Below are positions 1 to 8,300 of a stretch of 60,860 bases of DNA, piece by piece (position 1 is the stretch's first letter; the number at the start of each line of letters is the position of its first letter). A model generated the notes under the pieces. The model was not told the DNA's origin. It worked only from the letters and a program-made list of their open reading frames with translations, and did no database searches. The translations under genes and the position numbers were made by a program. Source of the DNA: a virus. Lineage: Duplodnaviria; Caudoviricetes. The stretch covers positions 1 to 60,860 of IMG/VR virus record IMGVR_UViG_3300042503_001940; one strand, given 5' to 3'.

Positions 1-1
1 G

Positions 2-169
2 CAGTCCTCAGCCCTAGTCGAAGTTGAGTGGCATATGGACGGTGTGATTATGCTTGAAGATGGCAACCATGTTAAATTTATAAATAAACGTGCTAAGATT
101 CAAGCGAAATACCTTAGCAGCCTGAAGCAACACGGTTGCAGGCTTGTTTCACGTGAAACCACAACGTAG
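2..169 (+). CDS. 3' end of a hypothetical protein (truncated by window start)
   Basis: Open frame from position 2 to TAG at 167-169 (QSSALVEVEW...VSRETTT), same strand as the structural operon. Confidence 0.55.
   Translation, partial: QSSALVEVEWHMDGVIMLEDGNHVKFINKRAKIQAKYLSSLKQHGCRLVSRETTT
145..160. promoter_or_regulatory. parS-like palindrome
   Basis: TGTTTCACGTGAAACC, 15/16 match to the chromosomal parS consensus TGTTTCACGTGAAACA with a perfect 14-bp inner palindrome. Confidence 0.7.
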
Positions 170-216
170 ACGTTCGCCGTCTGGCTATGCGCTATAAAAT
201 CTAGGAGAATAAGCCA

Positions 217-1152
217 ATGGCAGTAAAACTAACAATTCAAATTAGTGATATTACGACTGCTTCGGCGACGTACAACGCCATTCAGGTCGGTCGTGCGGCC
301 ACGTCCGCTGACGCCACCGCGCAAACTGGCACCTTTGTCAACGCCGGGGCTGTTATATCTCTTAACAGTGTAGTTTCTACTTACGAATATAACGACAATG
401 ATTGCGCAAGCAACCAGTTTAGCACGTGGCGCCTGTACAACACGGGAACTCTAGCAAGCGGCTCTTGGGCCACCCCCTTCCAAGGGCAGCCGCTCGGATA
501 CATTACCGTCGACGAGTTCCGCTCATACGAACTTGGAGACCTTAGCGGGCCGGACGGAGAATCGGTCAGCAACCAGAAGCTAGAACGTCTTATTAAGGCA
601 GCCTGCGGCCTTGCCGATTCCTACGTTGGGTACTCGTTTGAGTACGTGCAGAACAAAGAGAAACACCCTTGGAACCAGAAAAATCGCCGCATCTATGTAC
701 GTCAGCGACCAATCGTCTCGGTGTCTGCGGTCAGCGTGCACGTAAGCGCACAGCAGAGTGCCGCATTTACCCTGAACGATTTCTACATTAACGAAGACCG
801 CGGCTACGTGGAGATTACCTCTCTTGCCGCAGTCACCTATTCGTTGTTCCCGGCAATCGTAGCCCTTGGCATGATTGAGCCAGTAGTAGAGATTGTCTAC
901 ACCCACGGCTACCAGGTTGCCCCGCAGCCAGTCAAGGACGCCGTGGCGCTAATTGTTGTTGACCTACTTGCTAAGGACAACCTTGTTAAGCAGGGCATGG
1001 GCGGTCTCTCCCGATTCCGCGTTGGCGAAATGGACATGTATAGCGCCTATCCGCAGGGCGAGCGCGAAGGTGGCAAGATGGGGAGCAGCCTACGCATCCC
1101 TCGCGCTGCCATGGCCTTGCTTGACCAGTATCAGGGAACTGCCATCCGATGA
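217..1152 (+). CDS. Head-tail adaptor/connector (SPP1 gp15/HK97 gp6-like) with an extra N-terminal beta domain
   Basis: AGGAG RBS; LIKAACGLADSYVG ... VEIVYTHGY..PQPVKDAVALIV ... ALLDQY pattern; first gene of the neck cluster. Confidence 0.75.
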   Translation: MAVKLTIQISDITTASATYNAIQVGRAATSADATAQTGTFVNAGAVISLNSVVSTYEYNDNDCASNQFSTWRLYNTGTLASGSWATPFQGQPLGYITVDEFRSYELGDLSGPDGESVSNQKLERLIKAACGLADSYVGYSFEYVQNKEKHPWNQKNRRIYVRQRPIVSVSAVSVHVSAQQSAAFTLNDFYINEDRGYVEITSLAAVTYSLFPAIVALGMIEPVVEIVYTHGYQVAPQPVKDAVALIVVDLLAKDNLVKQGMGGLSRFRVGEMDMYSAYPQGEREGGKMGSSLRIPRAAMALLDQYQGTAIR

Positions 1153-1478
1153 GCCTGCCGGGCTTTAACGCGTCCATTACTCTTGTCCGAGACGGACAGA
1201 CATCCCAAGACGCCATGGGCACGCCCGTAAAGACAAGCACAACTCTTTGGACAAAAAAGGGTCACTATCAGCAGCGTTACAACATTGAAGCCCAAGATGA
1301 CGTTGGCCGACGCGGCGAGGCGTTCTATCAATTCTATCTGCCTTTCATTACTGGAACCAATAGACCAGCGCCGGATGACAAGTTTGTTGTTCACGGTAGG
1401 ACATTTTTGGTCATCGGCATCTTGCAAGAAGCTCTCCGGCATCACCTTGTAGTCAAGGCAAGGATCAGCGAGCGATGA
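1149..1478 (+). CDS. Head-closure/stopper protein (SPP1 gp16-like)
   Basis: 109 aa; ATGA overlap; DAMG.P near the N-terminus and DKFVVHGRTFLVIGI...HHLVV at the C-terminus; synteny. Confidence 0.65.
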   Translation: MSLPGFNASITLVRDGQTSQDAMGTPVKTSTTLWTKKGHYQQRYNIEAQDDVGRRGEAFYQFYLPFITGTNRPAPDDKFVVHGRTFLVIGILQEALRHHLVVKARISER

Positions 1479-2002
1479 GCTACAACAAGATTACCGTTCG
1501 AGCTAGTGGTGTTCTTGGAGAGATTCGCAAATTTGCCGGACAACTGGAGCAGATCCCCAAGGCCCTTGACAATGAGTTTCGCCGTTCCGTTGCGCGAAAT
1601 GCAATCGACGCCCTCTACGGTGGGGTCGGTCAGGAGATGGAGCAGGAGGCACCCCAGGACTCCGGAGCATACGCCGCAGGACTAGTCGGCGACAGGGGAA
1701 CGTACGTTTCCGATAGCAAGAAATCTCCTGGTCGCGTCCGAAAGGCTAATCCGATTATGAATTTCCGCGCCAGCGGCAGCAATCTTTCCCTTGATTACGG
1801 GACAAACCCCGAGGACGTTGCGTACGAAAACTTTTACGGAAGACACGTAGAGTTCAGCGTAAATGATTACCGTCCGCAAATTAAGCAGGCGCTAATCAGT
1901 GCTGTTCAGGACGAGACGGCAAGATTTATTGCCGACCTTACCTCCAGAGCGATCAGGAATGCTGGTCGCTCCAGAGGTGTTCGGTTTAGGAAGTCAGCCT
2001 AA
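1475..2002 (+). CDS. Neck/tail-completion protein (HK97 gp10-like)
   Basis: ATGA overlap; APQDSGAY motif and YG..VEF; position between stopper and terminator. Confidence 0.55.
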   Translation: MSYNKITVRASGVLGEIRKFAGQLEQIPKALDNEFRRSVARNAIDALYGGVGQEMEQEAPQDSGAYAAGLVGDRGTYVSDSKKSPGRVRKANPIMNFRASGSNLSLDYGTNPEDVAYENFYGRHVEFSVNDYRPQIKQALISAVQDETARFIADLTSRAIRNAGRSRGVRFRKSA

Positions 2003-3278
2003 TCAGGTACTCCGCCGACACCCCAGTCGGATGCTGGAATAGCAACCACTGGGATGGTTCGCCAGCAGAAGCCAACTGCTCCTGCGCATAGGTATTGCCG
2101 CTCTCTGTTGAGCCGCCGTTCCAATGCACAATTCCGTTGAGGTACATGCGCACTGGCGTGTGGAAGTGACCCGCAACGCTGTAATCAAACGGAGCTACGG
2201 TCATGTTCCAGCCCTGAATCTTTTTGCCAAAGCCGTACCAGGGGAAGCCAGCAAAGCCGCCGCCAACCTGGTCGCCATGGAACAAGAACCAACGCTTGCC
2301 ATAAATCTCGTCTGTGCCAAACCAAGCGCGCTCACCCTTGGAGATAGTCTCTACCCACTCAACATGAGCAACGTCTTTCACAAGCATTGATGCAACCTTG
2401 TACATCATCGCGTCTGCGTTTGACTCTGGGTGGAACGTGCCCTTGCGACCAAGCCGGCCGTGGTTGCCAATGCAGCCAACAACCTTGATGTTCTCAAAAG
2501 TACCCGCAAGCCTTCGAACAAGACCTGCAAGGATTTCCGCCCCGCGGAATGTCTGGTTATAAAGTGACGCGTCAATAAGATGCGCCTGGCCAGGGAAAAT
2601 ATCTTCTCCCTCAACAAGGTCACCAAGCAGGTAGACCCGAAGGTCGGTTACTGGGTGGTCGGCGCGCTGAATTGCAACAAGCGACTCAACCTTTTCGGCA
2701 AGAAGCTTGATGCGCTCTGCGCAGGTGTCGCTGTTATAGGTTGGGGTAATCTTTCCCAGCTGCCAATCTGAGAGAAGAAGGATGGCCGTTTCCGGGTCTC
2801 CGTCTCTCCGGTCAAATACCCGAGGCGGCACCGCTGGCAGTTCCATAGAGGCTGCTGCCTCAGTTGCTGCCTGGTAGACAGCCTGGACAAGCTCCTGGGT
2901 TGCGTCCTCGCGCTGCGAAAGTTTCTTCATCGCCGCACGATAAGAAGAACGAAGTTTTTCAATTTCTGCTTGAACCGTAACGGAGGCAAGCTCTTCCTCT
3001 GCCGCAGCAATAACAGCCCTGCTGTCAACCTTTTCCTTGTTGCCGCTAAGGACTTTCGCCGCCAGGCTGCCTTCGGTAATAATTCTTGTCTTGCCGTTGT
3101 TAATGCGCTTATCCACAAAACTGGCAGCCCCGGAGAGCAATCGGTTTCGCTGAATGCGCCAAGAATCCTTGCTTCGATCTGGGTACTTTAGAACAAATGA
3201 TTCAAACTCTAAGGAAACGGCGTCAGCCTTTTCCTGTGACCCCCACGTACGTGGCCGGGCCATGTTTTCGTTTGCCAT
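1986..3278 (-). CDS. Calcineurin-like metallophosphoesterase with N-terminal coiled coil
   Basis: Motifs LSDWQLG, GDLVEG, GNHGR, FHGD, GHFH; start moved to ATG 3278 behind a GGAGGG RBS. Confidence 0.85.
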   Translation of the reverse strand: MANENMARPRTWGSQEKADAVSLEFESFVLKYPDRSKDSWRIQRNRLLSGAASFVDKRINNGKTRIITEGSLAAKVLSGNKEKVDSRAVIAAAEEELASVTVQAEIEKLRSSYRAAMKKLSQREDATQELVQAVYQAATEAAASMELPAVPPRVFDRRDGDPETAILLLSDWQLGKITPTYNSDTCAERIKLLAEKVESLVAIQRADHPVTDLRVYLLGDLVEGEDIFPGQAHLIDASLYNQTFRGAEILAGLVRRLAGTFENIKVVGCIGNHGRLGRKGTFHPESNADAMMYKVASMLVKDVAHVEWVETISKGERAWFGTDEIYGKRWFLFHGDQVGGGFAGFPWYGFGKKIQGWNMTVAPFDYSVAGHFHTPVRMYLNGIVHWNGGSTESGNTYAQEQLASAGEPSQWLLFQHPTGVSAEYLIRLTS

Positions 3279-3407
3279 TATTCCCTCCATAATCGGGCAG
3301 GTTTTCTGCCACTCTCTGTAGTATACGCCACTTCCGCTGCGTGGCACATTTTGCGTGTAGAAACTTTAGGCGTGGACTGCGCGACTAAGAGGGGATAATC
3401 TAACACG

Positions 3408-3806
3408 GTGATTGGTGTATACGAAGCCTTCTTTACGGCACTGAGCGGGGACGTTACCCTGCAAACTTTGCTGGGCGGCTCAGCTACCGATAAGAAGATT
3501 TACCCAATTACCAAAACAGGGCCAAGCGAGTTGCCGGCAATTTCAATTGCCGTTGTAGCGGGCAGTAGCGATCTAGGGCTTCCGATTGACAGGCCGGTGG
3601 TAGATGTGCTCATTTCGAGCTTAAGCAGCGCCACTGAACTGAACAATATTGGAAACGCTGTAGATGAGATACTTAACCGTGAGCGTCTCTCTGGTCCAAA
3701 CGGGGCGGTGTTGCACGTTGTGCGAAAAGTTGCGCAGCGCGATGACTACAATCCGAACGTCTTGGAATACCGGCGAGTAATCCGGTACATAGTAGTAAAA
3801 ACATAA
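3408..3806 (+). CDS. Tail terminator (SPP1 gp17/DUF3168-like)
   Basis: ALSGD..L..LLG...KIYP.......LPAI pattern, 132 aa, directly upstream of the tail tube gene. Confidence 0.7.
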   Translation: MIGVYEAFFTALSGDVTLQTLLGGSATDKKIYPITKTGPSELPAISIAVVAGSSDLGLPIDRPVVDVLISSLSSATELNNIGNAVDEILNRERLSGPNGAVLHVVRKVAQRDDYNPNVLEYRRVIRYIVVKT

Positions 3807-3818
3807 GGGGAGCAAGAT

Positions 3819-4583
3819 ATGCTTACACTTGGTTCTGGTACAATTGATATTGCTTATTGGAAGCCTGGCGCAGTAGCTGGCCAGGCTGCCGGCAGCCGCA
3901 CCGTTCCGTACTTTGCTGGTACGGTTGGTTACGGCAACACTGGCGAGCTTGTAACGATTGGCGAAATTGGCGGCGACGTCGAGTTCGACATCAACTTCCA
4001 GGAGCGCGAGTTCTACGGTCAGCAGAATTTCCCTGTCGCGAAGGCATACTTCGGCGGCAAGTGCGAAGTTCGCGCACGTGGCGTAGAGGTAAAGTGGGAC
4101 AACCTGAAGAACCTCTTCCACAACGACCTTGGTCTTCTTGGTGGCATCACCGCCACGACGACGGGCACGACCGTTTACGGTTACGCCGTCACCGGGCACG
4201 AAGACGCCCCAGGCAACTACCTGTTCCGTTCTTCGACGGGCGGCGGGTCGGTTGACTCAGCAGTAAAGGGAGCAGGAATGCTTCCAGGCTCTGGCACCGA
4301 CTTCGTGGGTTACACCCGATACGCTGGCCAGGGTGGACAGGCGTCCCCAATGGGTCTGCCTCGCCCGCTCTACGTTCGCTTTACGCACCGACGCTCGGAT
4401 GACCCGTCCCAGACGGTCCGCATCCACCTGCCAAAGGCGTTCAGCATGGCCCTGACGATTCCGTTCACGCGCGAGGATATCTCGACGATGGACCTGGACT
4501 TCTCAGGCACCGTAGACCGTTCGTGCAAGCTCGAAACGGCTGACACAAGCGCGACGCCGTCAATCGTGTTCGTACAGGCATAA
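3819..4583 (+). CDS. Major tail tube protein
   Basis: LTLGSGTI start, IGEIGGDVEF, beta-rich, followed by chaperones and TMP; Gly-rich internal insertion. Confidence 0.8.
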   Translation: MLTLGSGTIDIAYWKPGAVAGQAAGSRTVPYFAGTVGYGNTGELVTIGEIGGDVEFDINFQEREFYGQQNFPVAKAYFGGKCEVRARGVEVKWDNLKNLFHNDLGLLGGITATTTGTTVYGYAVTGHEDAPGNYLFRSSTGGGSVDSAVKGAGMLPGSGTDFVGYTRYAGQGGQASPMGLPRPLYVRFTHRRSDDPSQTVRIHLPKAFSMALTIPFTREDISTMDLDFSGTVDRSCKLETADTSATPSIVFVQA

Positions 4584-4613
4584 TTACCGTCTTTCGATAA
4601 AGACTGAAGCGCA

Positions 4614-4646
4614 GGGGGATTGTCAAGCGAGACTTGGCAATCCCCC
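4614..4646 (+). other. Intergenic 14-bp stem-loop after the tail tube gene
   Basis: GGGGGATTGTCAAG-CGAGA-CTTGGCAATCCCCC with one G-U pair; no U-tract. Confidence 0.6.
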
Positions 4647-4804
4647 CAGCGGCCGCCAGAAGCGCCGCAACCCCAGGCTAGGGACAAAGCCACCCACAAA
4701 ACCACCACGCTCCCCTGTGTGTATGTAGTGTTTTGTAGTACCATTTAGCAGTGCAATCCCGTTGCGTTGACGGGCTCTGCCAATAGCAGTAGTAGGAGTG
4801 AACC

Positions 4805-5101
4805 ATGGCAAACCTCGCACAGGTCCGACCGACGAAGGTGCTGACCCTTAACGACCTCGCGGATATCGAGGAAAAGTACGGCTCGCTTGATCAGATTGAC
4901 CTGACCAAGTTTACCGTTATTCGCTACATTCTTTGGCTGGTTCTGAAGAAGGACGAGCCAATCACCGAGCGAGAAGTCGGTGATCGCTTCACCCTGGACA
5001 CCATGCGCGAAGAGATCGATAAGGTCATGCGCGCCAGCGGCTTGATTGGCGCTGACGAGGCCGCGGGTGCTGAGGGAAAAGAGGCGGAGGCAAAGGCGTA
5101 A
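4805..5101 (+). CDS. Tail assembly chaperone (gpG analogue)
   Basis: AGGAG RBS; 98 aa acidic protein between tube and TMP; slippery heptamer near the 3' end. Confidence 0.8.
   Translation: MANLAQVRPTKVLTLNDLADIEEKYGSLDQIDLTKFTVIRYILWLVLKKDEPITEREVGDRFTLDTMREEIDKVMRASGLIGADEAAGAEGKEAEAKA
5074..5080 (+). other. -1 programmed ribosomal frameshift site G GGA AAA
   Basis: X XXY YYZ heptamer in frame with 4805; the -1 frame is open to 5352. Confidence 0.8.
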
Positions 5102-5352
5102 GCTGGAACGAAATCGATTGGGGGAACATCATGGCGTCCTACGCGGACAGCTTTGGGTTCACCCCAACCGACTTCTTTAACCTTACCTTGGCGCAATTGA
5201 ACGCGTTTTCTCGTTATATCGAGAACCGAGATAAGGAAATGAAGAAGGCCTCCAAGAGTAAATCTAGCGGGAATGCAGGTGGCAAGAGTATTGACTCAGT
5301 AGAGCAACTTGTTGCAACATTCGGTAAGCCCGGCTTTGCCGGAAATAGCTAA
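5080..5352 (+). CDS. Frameshift extension of the tail assembly chaperone (gpT analogue)
   Basis: -1 frame reads RGGGKGVSWNEIDWGNIMASYADSFGFTPTDFFNLTLAQL...; includes listed ORF 5131..5352. Confidence 0.75.
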   Translation, partial: RGGGKGVSWNEIDWGNIMASYADSFGFTPTDFFNLTLAQLNAFSRYIENRDKEMKKASKSKSSGNAGGKSIDSVEQLVATFGKPGFAGNS

Positions 5353-5375
5353 ATCCACCCCTTCTAGGAGTATGC

Positions 5376-8300
5376 ATGGCGGAAGCTGGAAATCCCACAG
5401 GTACGGTTCAAATTGGCTTGGACGCGACGCAGTTCCGTGCCGGGACTCAGGCCATCCTGTCGGATATCCGCTCCATCATGCAGGGCCTTACTCAGTTTGA
5501 AAAGGCCTCCAACAAGACCGGTGGATCCCTTCGAGGGTTCGAAGACGCATCTCGTTCGCTGAAGTCGTTCCGAGCTGCTATTGACGGAGACGCCCTTCCG
5601 GCCCTCCGAAGATTGCAGAATCAGGCATCGGCTTCAGCGAACTCTCTTTCTAGGGTATTTCAGGTCGGTGCACAGTCAGCGCAGGCAGTAGGCAGTATTA
5701 ACCGCGTTACTTCTGCGTTGGCAGCCCAAGAACGCCAGGCGCTTCGCACAGCCGACGCTATGGCACGCGCAGCAACGTCCAGCCAACGTGGAGCGATGGC
5801 GTTCCGCAATGGTGGTCGAAGCAGCAGCGGTACTTCGGGACGTAGTGTCTCTGGTGGTACTCGCGGCGCGCGGTCGTCTCTTGACGACTCTGGCGCGGCT
5901 GCCCGTCGGTTAAACCAGCAGGCTGACGCCCTATTTGCGCGCGTCGGAAAACTTACTGGCGGGAAGGGCCAATCAAAGTGGCCGTTCCGCGACATGCCAG
6001 ATCCACGCAATGACCCCAAGCAGGCCTGGAGATTTGCCACCCCCTCCGCCGCCCAGCAGGCAGCAAACCGCCGCAGGCTCCAGGAAATTGACCGCAAGTT
6101 CCAAGAGAGCATTGCCCGTCGAGGCGGCTGGAAATCTGTTTACGCTGCACGCGACGAAGACGATGAGATGTTCTCCCGACGTGAGCAATACGCTCGCAGG
6201 GGATCACTCGCACCCAAAATTTCTAAAGCAACAAGAGAAAAACTTCGCGCTGCGGATAAAACGCGCGTGCGCCGATCTTCTGGCTACGGATACTCGGAGC
6301 CAACTACGGGGACCGCCAGCCTAGAACAGGCTGCCGAGCTGTACGCACGAGCGCTGGCCCGCTCTTACGCTGCCGGAGTTCGCATTCGAGGGGCTTCGCC
6401 GCGCTCCGCTGCTGGGCGCGCGGTTGGCGAAAGGGCTCAGCGACTTGCGGGCGCATTGGACACCGCCCTGTATTTTTCACCGACTGATGCTGGAACCCGA
6501 GCGCGCGCGCGGAATCGACCACGGGCATTTAACCGCGCAGATCAAAGCCGACGCCTAGAGCTTCTCCAGGCCGCGGTAGATCAGATGACGGACTCCCATT
6601 ATCCTGGCCGTCTTGGTTCTACTTCTAAGCTGATGCGCGGCGGATTTGTTGCTGATGCGCCAAACCCGTATCGACGCAGCAGCATCCCCGCGCTTAGGAA
6701 AATGCGCCGCCTACTTGTTGGTGCTTACTCAACCGCAGAAACCATGCAGCCGGGACAAACTGGATACCTTGGCGCGCTTGGCGGCGTAGGGGCGCCTGGC
6801 GTTGGCGCAGCACTGATCGCCCATGAGATTCGCCGTCGAGCAAGAGCAGGTCGCGCATTGCCGCTTACGGCGGTTTCAGACGCGCTGCCAATGTACCTTC
6901 GCGGCGGGTTTGGGCGTGGCCCAAGCGGAAAGCGTCGAATGAGTCGCAATGCAGCTGAGCGCGCTATGCAGCTAGGCGAACTTACCAGCCTTGGATTGAG
7001 CGCCGCGGACGCTCGTAAGTTGCTTCCGTTAATACGCGCGCAATTGAGGGAGCAAGAACGCGAGCTAGGTCTTCGCCCTGGAGAAGTGCAGTTTGCCAAG
7101 AAGGGCAAGCTGGGCGGTCTCAAAGATCTTCAGAAAAGATCAGCAGAAGCACGACTAGAAGCTGTTGAATCTAGAAACTCGGGTCGACCATCAACAGGTA
7201 CGGCATCAGTGCGCGATGCATCTTCAAGATTCTCCAGATCTATTATCCGTTCTGCCGCGGCCGGGGTAAAGACACGAGAATTTGGCGGAAGAAGAGGCGG
7301 AAGAAACGCTTCGGCTCGACAAAAAGCAGAACTTGCCAAATTACTGCAATTCAATGAAGATTTACGCGACTATGGATCCCTTAGGCCCGTCTGGTCGAGT
7401 ACACCAACTGGAGGGAGAGTCCAGCGCAACCTAACGCGACTGCATCGCCGCAGTAGCAGTGGAGGGCTGGGTCGACAATTGGCATACAGGCCAGTAAGGG
7501 GACTTGACCCGACGACTGAAGACAACCAGTCAGCAATGCGCATGACGTCTTATGCCCTGGAACAAATGATACACAACAATCCCGGCAGGGTGGCGCTGGC
7601 ACCCAACCCCTACTACAAAAAGCGCGGCTACCCAAAGCAACTAACACGACTGCGCATGATACCGGTGGGGGCGTACTCATCTAGCACTGGTGGCGGAACG
7701 CACGGATATCTTGGCGCACTTGCTGGCACAGGCGACGAATTTGCGGGCGGAAAAGCTCCACTAGGGGGAGTTGGCGGCACCCTGGTTGCTCAGGAGCTAA
7801 GAAGAAGAGATCGCTACCGGCGCGGTTTGCCGCCTTCCCAGCGCAAGGGTTTGACCAGGTCTGGCTCTACGGTAATGCCATACAGTGGATTTGGTCAACT
7901 CGAAATGTTTGGAATTGATGATGCACTACCTGTGTATCAAAATTTTGGCGCCCAGCAAAGGCGCATCGGCAGTGGAAGAGTCAGAAATTATCGCCGCGGA
8001 GAAGAAATTGACCAGCAAAGCGGACACCTTGCGTGGACGCCTTGGCGCACTAAGTCAATAGTTCGCGGCATCCGCCGCTCGCTTCCTGGGCAGATTGCGA
8101 CGCTTCGAGCAATTGGTGGAGATGCAATTCCTTCAGACATTCAATTTGCTAAGAGGGGCAAGCTTGGCGGGCTTGCCGCTATGCAAAGTGACAAGTCTGC
8201 AAAGCGTCGCGCATCTGTCAGTTCCCAGAACTCCCGAACACCATCTCCTGGGACCGCAAGAATTGGCGATGCCTCTGATCGTCTTGCGCGATCAATTGTC

